Virus record (IMG/VR): IMGVR_UViG_3300028591_000112
Location: 31,934 to 95,933 of that record
Reading direction: 5' to 3' (one strand)
DNA from: a virus
Lineage: Duplodnaviria > Heunggongvirae > Uroviricota > Caudoviricetes
DNA: 64,000 bases
Made by a program: the position numbers and the translations under genes. The notes beneath the pieces were generated by a model. The model did no database searches, was not told the DNA's origin, and saw only the letters and a list, made by a program, of their open reading frames with translations. Shown piece by piece: positions 25,460 to 36,635 of the stretch (positions are counted from its first letter, which is position 1; every line of letters begins with the position of its first letter).

Positions 25460-27508
25460 ATGATAGCTAGACAATATCCTTATTTAAGTGACAATGAATT
25501 TTTATTAGAGATAGATACACAACATTTACAAAAACAATATATAAAATTAGTATTATTAGATTGAGATGAAAGACCTATTCAAGAGATACAAGGGATGGCA
25601 ACTGGCGGTAGTATTTCAATTAATGGAAATTCTGCTGTCCGCAGAACTTGTAGTTTAAACATGGTTATTATAGATCCAAAAGATTATGCAATAACTAAAA
25701 CAAGTAATTTAATATCAATAGGTAAAAAAGTATATTTAGAAGTTGGTATAAGTAATAATACTAATAGATATACTGATTATCCAATTATATGATTTCCGCA
25801 AGGAATTTTTGTTTTTACCTCTTGTTCATCTAGTTCTAGTGCTGGACAAGCTCCATCATTATCTTTACAAATGAAAGATAAAATGTGTTTATTAAATGGA
25901 GAGTGCGGCGGAACTATTACTTCAAGTATTCAGTTAGATAAAATGGATACAATAGATGAAAATGGAGAATGAGTAACTGTTCAACCTACAATTAGTAGGA
26001 TTATTATGGAAGCAGTTAATCATTTAGGCGGAGAACAAATAGGTAGAATAATAATTAGTGATATTGATGAAAGAATAAAAACAGTAATGAGATGGGTTGG
26101 ATCTAGTCCAGTCTATTGGGTTACTCAAGGTGGAGTTAATATTTTAACAACAAATAAAGCTAATTGAGGCGGAGATACTAGCAAGGTATATGAATATGGT
26201 GATGATATTGGTTTTATATATAATGATTTTATATATACAAGTGATTTAATTATTAATCCTGGTGATAATATATGCACAGGGATTTTAGATAAAATAAAAA
26301 CATTTTTAGGTAATTTTGAATATTTTTATGATATATGAGGTAACTTTGTATTTCAAGAAATAAAAAATTACTTAAATACTACACAAGCGACTATTGAATT
26401 AGATAATTTAAAAAATAGTGATTATTTAGTTGATATGTCTAAAGGTAAATCTGTATATGATTTTACTAATTCTCCATTAGTAACTTCATATGGAAATACT
26501 CCTCAATATACAAGAATAAAAAATGATTTTGTAATATGGGGAACTAGAACAGATTCAAAAGATATAAAACATAGTATTAGATATCATTTAGCTGTTGATA
26601 AAAAACCAAAAACAGGAAATGTTTATGATGTATATGTTTATTATGATGAGGAAGAAAATTTAAAAAAAGCAAAAATGCCTTTAAAATATGAAAGTATTAA
26701 TGAGTTCCCTGAAAAAGGAATAGTTGGATTATTTTACTTAGATGAAAGTAATGGTAATGTATATTGCTGAAATGCGGAAACGCTAGATTATGAAATTTCA
26801 ACTTTAGGTGAAATGAAGAAAATTCTCACTACAGATTGAAGAACTGAGCTTTATCTTCAAGGAGCTGCCGCAGAACCTTTAGGATTACAAACTAATCCTT
26901 ATTATGCGGAACTCGAAGCGGAATGACCTAAATTATATAATATTGCAGCACAACAAGTTTCAGGACAAGACTATTATGCAGGAGCATTTTATGATGAAGT
27001 GCTTGGATATCCTTGGGATGTTGATTATTGGTTAGATTTTATCGACAGTCAAGAAGCTATTAGCGAGCTTAATGTCGACTTGATCGGCCGCCGCAGTTTA
27101 AGTGAAAATAAAGATGAATATAATTGTGTATTTGAGCAAGAAGTACCTGATTATATTTTAATAGAAACACAACAACCTGATACAGAAGAAAAAAGAGAGG
27201 AATGTATAGCTAGAAATCAAGACTATATTCAAGTAGACCCAAATATCTATAATAACTTAGCTATTGGAGGTTTACGTAATAGTTGTTTTGAAAGAGTAAA
27301 AAATGCTCTATATGATTATACAAGTTATAACAATTCAATTTCAATAGGTTGCGTACCAATATATCATTTAGAACCTAATACTAGAATTACAGTATCTAAT
27401 AAAGAAAATGATATATATGGAGATTTTATGATTAATTCAATTTCATTACCTCTTGCTACAAGTGGAACTATGAATATATCTGCAGTAAAATGTACTGAAA
27501 AATTGTAA
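25460..27508 (+). CDS. putative virion structural protein, 682 aa
   Basis: ATG at 25460 is 1 nt after the upstream TAG. Four ORF-track fragments share one frame and are joined by TGA; TAA at 27506-27508. Confidence 0.4.
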
Positions 27509-27514
27509 TAAAAA

Positions 27515-27547
27515 AGACACTCTTTTTATAAGAGTGTTCTTTTATTT
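27515..27547. terminator. bidirectional terminator between the convergent late (+) and early/middle (-) modules
   Basis: agacactct ttttata agagtgttct flanked by A-run and T-run. Last + gene ends at 27508 and the first - gene ends at 27625. Confidence 0.5.
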
Positions 27548-27624
27548 TGCTTTAAAATTTGGCAGGAAATTAATTAAAAATAACCTTGACGATAAAATTA
27601 TCATAAGTCTTAAAATTTTTAATT

Positions 27625-28115
27625 TTAGTCCCAATTTATTTCAGTTTCTATATCATGGCTATGTGCGTAACCAATGCAAATTGCATCTGCAATATCATCA
27701 TTAACATCTAAATTATAATTTTCTTTAACAAATTGAATATCTTTACTTTTTAATACTGTACGAGTTTGACCTCTGCCAGTTTTGATTCCAATTTTTGACC
27801 TCCATGAGCTAGGATAAATTAATTCTAGCTCTTGTTTTTTATTGAATTCATATAAAGTATGCGCAATTACCCCTTGTAATCACATAAGCGCTCTATGTGT
27901 TTTTAAGTTAGATGGTCCACTTTCTGGGCGCACTTCTTCCGCGATTATTTTGTCTATATCTTTATGTTTGTTTAATATATCATTAAAACCATTTTTCATA
28001 ACATCTATACGAGTAAGCAAATTAGTTGACGAAGATGTGATACAACCATAATCAACTAACAATCCATCTTGAAATACTGCTCAACCGCTAGAATGAGTAG
28101 ATAAATCTAGACTAA
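27625..28115 (-). CDS. ruvC: RuvC-like Holliday junction resolvase
   Basis: RBS agagaggtgacaagaATG. MKILSLDLSTHSSGWAVF (catalytic Asp), IIAEE, DDIADAICIGYA motifs. Reads through two TGA codons; TAA stop. Confidence 0.7.
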
Positions 28116-28179
28116 GAATTTTCATTCTTGTCACCTCTCTTTATATCTACATTATACAAAAAATTTTAATTTAACGCAA

Positions 28180-28208
28180 TAAAAAAGAAGTAGATTAACT
28201 CTACTTTT
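28180..28208 (-). terminator. rho-independent terminator overlapping the GT1 stop codon
   Basis: On the minus strand: aagtagag ttaatc tacttc tttttt. Confidence 0.45.
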
Positions 28209-29304
28209 TAAATTTTTTAACAACTTCTACAAAAGCTATATTATATTTATTATTCTCAGTTAAAGTTAACATACGGTTAAAATCAACATCTCAAGTTTCG
28301 CCAGGATTAGGCACTCTACCTAATGTTGCGTCACGAATTGATTTAGCTTTGTATGAAGGTAATGCTTTAACTGTATACATATATTCTCTGTCTTGAACAT
28401 ATGAACTTTTTCTTAATACAAATAATTCATTTCATCTATCTTTTTTAGGTATATATTTAAAATCTTTGGGGATATGATTATATATATCTTCAATAGGTAT
28501 ATTTTGCATATCAAAATCTACCATATAACAATTCTTTTTATCTTCTAATCCTATTTCATTAAATACTGGACATGGAGTAACTATTACTGGAACTCCCATA
28601 GATAAAGCCTCAACAACAGAATAACAATAGCCTTCGCTATCTGATAACTGGACTAAGTAATCAGCATTTTTTATGTATCCATTTATATCTAATCTGGGTT
28701 TCATATATACGATATTGGGATTATCAATAGCATTTGTATCAGTAGTAAATACAGTTCATAAATAAGGTATACCCGCATCATCAAGAGCTTTAGCTAATTT
28801 TATCATACGTTCTTTACCTTTTTCTCTTGATAAACGAGTGGCGGAAACGAGATTTAAAATACGCTTAGGTTCATCTAAAGCTAGTGGGTTATAGCATAAC
28901 TCACATTTTACTCCCATTAATTCAGAAAAACTTTTACAAGCCTGTTCACTTACTCCAATATATTTAGTAATTTTTCTACTAATAACAGGTCTAAAATTAG
29001 GGTTCTTTTTCATTAATGATTGATAGTCTGCATGAATTACAAAATAATAATCTTCAGCTTCAACATTATCAATAATATCCATACCATAATTGAAAAATGC
29101 TTTTTTACATTTTATTTTTTGACCTGTATATTGAATACATTTAGCATACTTTTGTAAACGTTCAAGTTGTTCTTTTTCTGCTCGTTGATATACAATAGTA
29201 ATGTCATAATCTTTATATTTTTTTATTAGATAATACAAGAAGGTTTCTGTTCCACCAATAAAATTAAGATATGAAAAATAATACATATTAGTTAATTCTA
29301 TCAT
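28201..29304 (-). CDS. glycosyltransferase family 1 (GT4-type)
   Basis: RBS ggaggagag before ATG 29304. Fragments 28756-29319 and 28432-28704 share a frame through TGA. C-terminal EGYCYSVVEALSMGVPVIVT matches the GT1 E-x7-E region. Confidence 0.65.
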
Positions 29305-29305
29305 A

Positions 29306-31219
29306 CTACTCTCCTCCATTATATATTTCTAATTTAAAATTTGGGTCTTTTTGTTGCTCTGCGGCAATCCACAAATCCGCGTATTCTCTATCATAAACTC
29401 AATTTTGTTTTCCTCCAGCTCAATGATATATTTTAAAATGAGGATGTGTTTTCGTAAAAGGAGATGAATTATATTGATTACTGATAAATAAAATATTATC
29501 TTTAAATACTGCGTTGATAGTATCTTGATCTGGATAATATAATTTATTTTCATTAACAAATTCATCTAATTCTTTAACTTTATTATCTTCTCTTATTTTT
29601 TGTAAATTAAATAAAATGACGCCACTGTTGATATAGTTATATTTATCTACAGGAATATTAGGTGTCATTAGATTAGTTTTAGCTCCTTCATCAATAATTC
29701 CCGCAGCATAATAATTAGATAAATCTATATCTCATAATTCATCTATATTATCTTTAACAATTAAATCAGTATCTAAATATAATACTTTATCTTCAGGAAT
29801 TAATAAAGCAAGATATAATCTTATTAATGACGCTTTTGAATATCCTGTATTATAATTTTCTCCATTAGGATTTAAACAATTAAGTTTATTTATATTGATA
29901 TATTCAATATTTATAAAAGGTAAATTTAATTCATCATCTTCTATAAATAGATATAATTTTCTATAATAATTATTACGAGTATAAGCATATAATCAAGTAT
30001 ATAAATATTGATAATAATTTTTAGTACATGATAATGCTATTACTTGTTTTTTATTTGACCACCAACCATATGCTATGTCTGATTGACTCCCTTCTCGAGG
30101 AAAATTATAGAAATATGGCGCAAAATCTATTCTACCTAGCTTAGGATTTCTTTTATCTCACATTTCCGCACAAAAATCATTATCTTCGCCATTTTGTCTG
30201 TCATTAAAGCGGTAGTCTCCAATAATGCGCTTAGAGAACATTGCTTGCCATACAGTACCAGAACCGAAAGCTCCTAACGGATTTGCATTACTTCTTATTT
30301 TAAATTGAATAATATCCATATCATCTGTTACCATACAATCAAGAACTAAATCAATAGCATTTTTTTCTGCCAACCAATCGTCGCCGTCAATAAACCAAAT
30401 ATAATCTGCTGCGGACGCATCCAAACCCGCGTTTCTTGCTCCTCCAGGTGAGCCGGCCGCGCACTCAATAATTTGATAATTTCAATCGCTATTGTCCATT
30501 TCTTTAATAATTATATCTTTTGTATTATCAGTGCAATTATCACAAACAAAAATAATTTTTCTTTTTGCATTAGTCTTATTTTCTTGTGCTTTTAAAGACC
30601 TTAAACAAGGTTTAATATATTTTTCTAAATTATGACATGGAATAATTATATCAACAGAAGGTGATATTGTTTTATTACTTATTTCTTGTCATTTTTCATT
30701 TAATATAGTATTTTTCTTTATATAATAAGCATAGATTTGATTTCCCATAAATAATTTTAATTCAGGGTATCTTGTTTTCATATTTTGTTTTGTTAAATCT
30801 GGTTGTTTATGAATTTCATATATATTTCCATCAACTTCTTCTTGCGGCAATTCATATGGAATTGCAACAATTATTTGTTTACATTTAGTTAATAAATATT
30901 TTAATACAGTTTTTGCTTCTAATATAGATAAATGTTCTAATACATCTCCCATAATAATTAAATCATAAGAATTATCTATTTTAAAATTTTTTATATCTTC
31001 ATTATATACATTAGTATATAATGTTTTTAAATTATGATTTTCAATGTTTGGTGCTCAAGCCTCAACAGCATCTATATTATTAAAATAACCATTTAATAAT
31101 TTTGCGTAAGTACCATTGCCCGCACCTATATCTAAAACTCTATCTGTTGGAGAAAAAGTTTCTTTTATATATTCAATTATTTGTTTTTTATAAATTGTAT
31201 AGCTTCCTGCATTATCCAT
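29306..31219 (-). CDS. three-domain enzyme: class I SAM methyltransferase + GT2 glycosyltransferase + GT8 glycosyltransferase (about 637 aa)
   Basis: RBS aaaggagaagtgtctATG at 31219. N-terminal VLDIGAGNGTYA (MTase motif I). Middle VDIIIPCHN...IIFVCDNCTDNT...FIDGDDWL (GT2 DxD). C-terminal YLDTDLIV, NSGVILFNL, HWAGGKQNW (GT8). The three parts are one frame separated only by in-frame TGA at 30689-30691 and 30155-30157; I translated the gaps and found no TAA/TAG. Confidence 0.6.
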
Positions 31220-31280
31220 AGACACTTCTCCTTTTTATTATTATAATCTAAATTTTTTATTCCATCAAAAAAGACTTAGA

Positions 31281-32714
31281 TTATTCATCTAAGTCTTTAG
31301 TTTTTTTATCTACAATATTTGCTAATAATGTTTTTATATTCACACCTAAACTATCTTCAGCTACTTTTAATACTTTGTCTATTTTTTGAGTATTGTTTTC
31401 AATTAATTTAGTAGATTGGTCACCATACATAGTAATATTATCTACATTAGCTAATGGAGCAGAAACTTCTTTTGCAACTTGTGGTAATGCAGTCATAATC
31501 ATTTCAATAACTGATGCTTCACCCATTTTCTTTTGAGCTTCAGCTTTTTTCTCAATACCTTCAGCTTCTGCTAATGCTTTAGCTTTAACACCAAATGCTT
31601 CAGCTTCAAGAATAGCTCTTTTACCTTCAGCTTCAGCAAGCAACTTAGCTTTAATACCTTCAGCCTCTCTTATGTTTGCTTCTTTCTCAGCTTCTGCACG
31701 AGCAATTCTAGCTTGTGCCTCTGCCTCTGCCGCCTTTATTGCACGAGTCTTATCAACTTCTGCTTGAACTTCTGCAGCATATTTTTCTGCATCTGCTTGT
31801 TTTTTGATTTCAGCTTCAAGTTCTTGTTCTTTTAATGAAACTTCTCTTTGCTTTAATAAAGTAATTTTTTCAGTTTTTGCAACTTGAGCATCTACTTCAT
31901 TTTCATTAATAGTTTTTTGTTGAATTGCTTTTTGAATATTATATGCGGCATCTGCATCTGCTTTTTTTCTATCTTGTTCAATTTGGAACTCCGCCTTTTT
32001 AATTGCTAGATTTTTTTGTTGTTCTGCAATTTTAGTATCTGCGGCAGCACGTGCACGCGCACCTTCTTCATCAGCAACTGCTTCCGCAATTTTAATTTCT
32101 TTATTAGCTTGTGCTTTTGCAATTTTAGCATTTTTTTGGATTTGTGCTAAATTATCAACACCTAGATTTACAATAGCATCATTCTCATCTGTTACATTTT
32201 GAACATTTAAATTTACTATTTCAAGACCTAATTTTGCTATGTCATCAGTGGCATTTTCTTGTATCTTTTGTGAAAATAATTGTTTATTATTAACTAAATC
32301 AGTTAATTTCATTTGTCCTATTATCTCACGCATATTACCTTCAAGAATTTGTTGAACATTATTTGCAATATCTTTTGTTGTTTGATTTAAGAAATGCTTA
32401 GCTGCAATTTGTATTAATTCATTATTTGTTGAAATTCTTACATTTGCAACAGCATCAACATCAACATTAATAAAATCATTTGTTGGAACTTTATTTGCTC
32501 TAACGTCTATTTGAATAAGTTTTAAAGGTATTTTATCTATTCTTTCAAAGAATGGTATTCTAAATGCGGCCTTGCCTGTAATAACTCTAGGCTCTTTCTT
32601 AATACCAGATATTAAAAATACCATATCGGGTGGGCATTTTACATAACTAACAGCAATTAAAATTCCCACTAAAATAATTACTGCTATAATAATTCCTAAT
32701 AAAATAAAACTCAT
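31281..32714 (-). CDS. SPFH/band-7 (flotillin-like) membrane protein
   Basis: Intact 477-aa ORF. N-terminal TM helix, SPFH region, then a long Ala/Glu/Lys-rich coiled coil typical of flotillin/YqiK. Confidence 0.6.
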   Translation of the reverse strand: MSFILLGIIIAVIILVGILIAVSYVKCPPDMVFLISGIKKEPRVITGKAAFRIPFFERIDKIPLKLIQIDVRANKVPTNDFINVDVDAVANVRISTNNELIQIAAKHFLNQTTKDIANNVQQILEGNMREIIGQMKLTDLVNNKQLFSQKIQENATDDIAKLGLEIVNLNVQNVTDENDAIVNLGVDNLAQIQKNAKIAKAQANKEIKIAEAVADEEGARARAAADTKIAEQQKNLAIKKAEFQIEQDRKKADADAAYNIQKAIQQKTINENEVDAQVAKTEKITLLKQREVSLKEQELEAEIKKQADAEKYAAEVQAEVDKTRAIKAAEAEAQARIARAEAEKEANIREAEGIKAKLLAEAEGKRAILEAEAFGVKAKALAEAEGIEKKAEAQKKMGEASVIEMIMTALPQVAKEVSAPLANVDNITMYGDQSTKLIENNTQKIDKVLKVAEDSLGVNIKTLLANIVDKKTKDLDE

Positions 32715-32740
32715 TTTTTAATCTCCCTTTCTTTTTTATT

Positions 32741-33190
32741 TTATTGACCAGTAGAACCAAATCCGCCTGAACCTCTTTCTGTTTCTGTTAATGAACCAGT
32801 AACTTCAAATGTAATAGGACAATAAGGAATAACTACTAATTGAGCAATACGCATTTGAGGACTTATTACTCTATCTTCAGTAGAATCGTTATGAAGAGCA
32901 ACAATTATTTCTCCTCGATAATCTGAATCAACAACGCCTACACAGTTTGCTGGACGAAGTCCTTGATTTGTAGCAATTCCACTTCTTGCAAAAATTGCTC
33001 CAAAAGTTGCTTCTGGTAATTCCATACTTAATCCAGTTGTAATTTTTCTAGTTTCTCCTGCGGGGATTGTAACGTCTTCACTTATTGCGGCATATAAATC
33101 ATAACCTGCAGCAGCATCACTTCCGTGTGTAGGTTCAACTGATTCAGGATTTAATCTTCTATATTTAACAATTGTTGTTTCTACGCCCAT
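32741..33190 (-). CDS. dut: dUTP pyrophosphatase
   Basis: dUTPase motifs GSDAAAGYDLYA, ARSG, GVVDSDYRGEI, RIAQLVV, TERGSGGFGSTG. Confidence 0.85.
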   Translation of the reverse strand: MGVETTIVKYRRLNPESVEPTHGSDAAAGYDLYAAISEDVTIPAGETRKITTGLSMELPEATFGAIFARSGIATNQGLRPANCVGVVDSDYRGEIIVALHNDSTEDRVISPQMRIAQLVVIPYCPITFEVTGSLTETERGSGGFGSTGQ

Positions 33191-33432
33191 TAAAATGCAC
33201 TCCCCTCTGTATAAACAACTTCTGTTGTGCCTTCAGGGTCTTTTTCATTAGTAAATGATTTTACTAATGTAACTTTCCACCATTCTTCTCCAGTTTTTTT
33301 ATTTTCTTTATATTGAGAAGAATGTTTTTTTAATGTGTAATATTTGCTATCTTTTGCATTTTCAATTAATTCAGTAACTTCATCCTCAGAGCTAACTCTA
33401 TATGTTTCAGAAGTTTCTAATAAATATTTCAT
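33190..33432 (-). CDS. hypothetical protein (80 aa)
   Basis: ORF with ATGA overlap onto dut. No recognisable domain. Confidence 0.35.
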   Translation of the reverse strand: MKYLLETSETYRVSSEDEVTELIENAKDSKYYTLKKHSSQYKENKKTGEEWWKVTLVKSFTNEKDPEGTTEVVYTEGSAF

Positions 33433-33453
33433 ATATAAACCTTCTTTCTTTTA

Positions 33454-33714
33454 TTATATAAACTCTATTTCAAAAGGACATTTAGTATTATATTTTGCCA
33501 TAAACATACTTTCTATTCTAGTTTTTATTTTTTCATTAAAATTTTTATTTCCTTTTAATTTTATGTTATTGCATTGGCAACTATCTCCTAATTCACAAAT
33601 TAATTCAGGAAGGTTTTTAGTTGATGTTTTTAATGTATTAACAATATTATTTCCATCAATAACATAAATATTATGAGCAAGGGTAAAATTTTTAGTTTCC
33701 GCTAAAATAAACAT
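33454..33714 (-). CDS. hypothetical protein (86 aa)
   Basis: ORF with TAA stop. Cys pairs (CELGDSCQC). Confidence 0.35.
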   Translation of the reverse strand: MFILAETKNFTLAHNIYVIDGNNIVNTLKTSTKNLPELICELGDSCQCNNIKLKGNKNFNEKIKTRIESMFMAKYNTKCPFEIEFI

Positions 33715-33726
33715 ATAATTAACCTC

Positions 33727-34179
33727 CTATAATTCAATAACAGCTTGTTCATATGGGAAGAAATAATAACAGAAACTTTCTTTATCTATTGATAACCAAA
33801 TTTCAATACCATCTTTAGCATCAGTTAATTCAATAGACTTAATAACACCTCTGTTTGGAAGAATTTCATTAATTAAAGTGGTTTGAATACGTTCACCCAT
33901 AAAACCTACGCAAATATCATAGTATTGACCTAATCTATTTACATTTCTATGAAATACAGTATAGTCTTTTCTTTCATTACATAATAACATATAATATTTA
34001 TTATTTGTATCTTTAATGAAATCTTCAACTAATTTAATCTTTTGTAAAAGTTCTTCTTCTGAAAGAGGCTCTATTTGTTGTTCTACTATTGTTTTATTTA
34101 TATCATTTAAAGTTCCCATAACAACTGTAGATTCTTTTTTCTCTTTATTCTTGTTTCTCTTGAATTTCATTGTTTTCAT
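33727..34179 (-). CDS. hypothetical protein (150 aa)
   Basis: RBS gaaaggagaa before ATG 34179. Overlaps the 3' end of def. Confidence 0.4.
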   Translation of the reverse strand: MKTMKFKRNKNKEKKESTVVMGTLNDINKTIVEQQIEPLSEEELLQKIKLVEDFIKDTNNKYYMLLCNERKDYTVFHRNVNRLGQYYDICVGFMGERIQTTLINEILPNRGVIKSIELTDAKDGIEIWLSIDKESFCYYFFPYEQAVIEL

Positions 34180-34642
34180 TTTCTCCTTTCATTTGTTCAT
34201 ATGCCATAAATAATGGACACATTCCCTCAAAATGGTCTAATTCATGTTGAACAATAAAACTCCCATTTCCACCTTCAGCATATTCAATAGCATCTCCATT
34301 TTCATTATATGCGGAAATCCATACCTTTTGGGCGCGAATACCCTCAATAAAAATGCCAGGTACAGAAAGACAACCTTCTTGCATTTTATGCTGACCTCTT
34401 GAGCGCGTAACTACCGGGTTAATTAAAATATGAATTCCATCCCAATTGATAGCGCATATACGTAAAGGAAAACCTAGCTGAATTGCAGAAAGACCTGCGC
34501 CGCCGCTATCTTTTACAGTATCAATTATATCAGTAATTAAGTTTTGAATAAATTCAGATTTAATTTCTTCTATTTTTACTTCTTTACTTTTTTGCATTAA
34601 AGTTTCTTTATCTTCGGGATATTTTAATATTTTTCTAACCAT
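34145..34642 (-). CDS. def: peptide deformylase
   Basis: GAGLSAIQLG, EGCLSVPG and HELDHFEG motifs (PDF motifs I-III). Confidence 0.8.
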   Translation of the reverse strand: MVRKILKYPEDKETLMQKSKEVKIEEIKSEFIQNLITDIIDTVKDSGGAGLSAIQLGFPLRICAINWDGIHILINPVVTRSRGQHKMQEGCLSVPGIFIEGIRAQKVWISAYNENGDAIEYAEGGNGSFIVQHELDHFEGMCPLFMAYEQMKGENENNEIQEKQE

Positions 34643-34682
34643 AGTTATTTGCCTTCTTTCTTATGTATATAAATATTATAAT

Positions 34683-35465
34683 TTATTTTTTTATTTTTTT
34701 CAAAGTATATTCATTGTACTTATTATATCTTGTATGAACATCTTTTAATTCTTCTGCAGTTCAATCTTTGGTTAGTGCATCATAAAAGCCACAAGGTGCA
34801 TATTCAGGGCAGCCTCCGCATCTAATACATTGTGGTACACAAGCCCAGAAAATATCTTCATCATATTCTCTAATTGCTTCAATAACAGATTGTCAATATG
34901 CTCTTGTAGTAGGATCCGCACATGTGCATAATCTTTTATATGAAATATTTAGTATTGCTTGAATATTAGCTTCCATTTCCATTGGAACAGTATCCATTTG
35001 GCTACGTTGACTACGGTCTTTTACTACTGTTCTATCTGCTCTTTGTGTACCAACTCATTTTTCTACTCCTTCATGATGTCTAACAAAATGAGTAGATATT
35101 GCATATGGAATTTCATCTCATTTTCAACTAATTGTTCCACGTCTAATTGGACTATGTTCACATATTAATAATTTTCTCTTTCATTCATGAGAAGGTTCTT
35201 TATCTCCTGCCTCTTTTGAAATAGTTGTCATACAGGCTGATTTAATTTTTTTTCAATTAATATTAAAATCTGTAATTCTAGTTGTTGTATTGTATTTTTT
35301 AACCGGTGCTTCTTCTGTTTCAACTTTTGCTTGACCTTCTTTAAAATTAGCTTCTATTCCAGTATATTGATTTCTATATGGGAATAAAACTGTTTCTAAT
35401 TCAGTCATATCATTAATTTCTTTTACAATTGTTTTTTCTGGTGTAATAATCTTTATTTCGTACAT
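34683..35465 (-). CDS. hypothetical protein with C-terminal cysteine cluster (about 261 aa)
   Basis: ORF 35253-35465 continues through about 8 TGA codons to TAA at 34683-34685 (I translated it in full). Contains CEHSPIRRG, FVRHHEG and C-terminal CVPQCIRCGGCPEYAPCG. No confident family. Confidence 0.35.
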
Positions 35466-35477
35466 AAAATAATTTGC

Positions 35478-36425
35478 CTACTTTCTTTTTGTTAATTTTT
35501 TGTCTCCAAATGTTTCTAGTTCTGGAGTAATTTTATATATATTTCCTTTATCATCAAAATCTACATCAACTCATCAACATGATTTATCATTTGCCAATCC
35601 CATACTGCGGCAATAAGGAGTTAAATCTTCTAAGCAGCTAGTTTGGAAACAATGAGTTTTATCTTGTTTCATATAGAAGCTTTGATGAATATGCCCTGTT
35701 TGTAAAATATCAGGTCTTTCTTCTATAGGGATAGTATCTAAATATTTTTGTAATTTATATGATTTTGCATATGCACCGCCGCCAGAACCATGAAATAATC
35801 TTATTTTTAATTTGCCAATTTTTAAATCAGCTACATCTGGGCCTAAGTAAACTATATCTTCTCTTTGTTGAGCTATTGATTTTACAATTTCACTTCCCGC
35901 GCTTTTGTACCATCAATCATCATGATTTCCTTGAATAACATAGGTTTTCCCACTAAAACTAGGATACTTATTAGCACAATAGTCTACTTGTCCTTCATAT
36001 GAAATTTCTTTTAATTCATACATTTGTTCTGGACGACTTGATTTTAACCCATCAGTAAAATCCCCTGAATGAAGGATATGTTGAATTCCTCTTGTCTCTG
36101 CTTTATCATATAAATATCTTAAAATATCTAATCTATCATATTTTGAACATAAATGCGTATCACTAATTAATAATAATCTTAAATGTTCTAAATTATATGG
36201 TAATTCATATATATCTTGATTTTGAACAGGTGTTTTTCTAATAACAACCTCTCCATTTACATAATCAATATTATAGCCATTTTCTTTCATTATCATTATT
36301 AAACCTGCAATTTCATAATCTTTTAATTCTAATTTTTCACAGATTTCAATAAAAGATTTTTTCTTTTTTGCCATGTAATAAATTTTATCACATATTTCTT
36401 TATTTTCCATATAATTCTCCTCCAA
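35478..36425 (-). CDS. calcineurin-like metallophosphoesterase
   Basis: RBS attggaggagaattatATG. LLISDTHL (DxH), GDFTD (GDxxD), GNHDD, TGHIHQS (GHxH). Continues past four TGA codons to TAG at 35478. Confidence 0.6.
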
Positions 36426-36433
36426 TAGAAAAA

Positions 36434-36470
36434 GAGGTTAAATTATTTAATTATTTATAATTTAACCTCC
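36434..36470 (-). terminator. terminator-like perfect 12-bp hairpin
   Basis: gaggttaaatta / taatttaacctc, followed on the minus strand by tttttc. Confidence 0.4.
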
Positions 36471-36476
36471 TAACTT

Positions 36477-36635
36477 TTATTTATTTCTGAATAATAATGC
36501 TGTATATAAAATTGCTGCTCCAAGCCATTGTAATGAAACAGGTCAATTTCCTTTTGTATAAATATTTACAGCTAAACTTCCACTTGCTCCTATTACCATT
36601 AAAGCTGGGAAGAATATTCTTAAAAAATTAATCAT
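36477..36635 (-). CDS. small membrane protein (52 aa)
   Basis: MINFLRIFFPALMVIGASGSLAVNIY...; overlaps the nrdG 3' end. One TGA codon. Confidence 0.3.

Noticed and set aside
27842-28051. Plus-strand ORF of 69 aa overlapping ruvC.
   Set aside because: It is antisense to a RuvC gene with clear catalytic motifs and has no translation signals.
29329-29565. Minus-strand ORF of 78 aa (MNLLMKINYII...) and further out-of-frame ORFs at 33344-33667(+), 34016-34213(+), 34959-35168(+), 37638-37832(+), 42463-42702(+), 45360-45557(+), 48756-49082(+), 50493-50879(+), 57122-57331(+), 57833-58060(+), 59230-59415(+), 61148-61348(+) and 63664-63864(+).
   Set aside because: All are antisense to, or frame-shifted within, well-supported enzyme genes (GT8 domain, def, nrdD, dnaE, recJ, dnaG, ligA, gyrA, gyrB). 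They are Ile/Leu/Phe/Lys-rich shadow ORFs.
35253-35465. Flavin-dependent thymidylate synthase (ThyX) identity for the Cys-cluster protein, on account of its RHH...SQRSQ segments.
   Set aside because: The ThyX signature RHRxxxxxxxSxRY is not actually present (FVRHHEG...; there is no RY). The spacing and length do not fit, so it is left as hypothetical.
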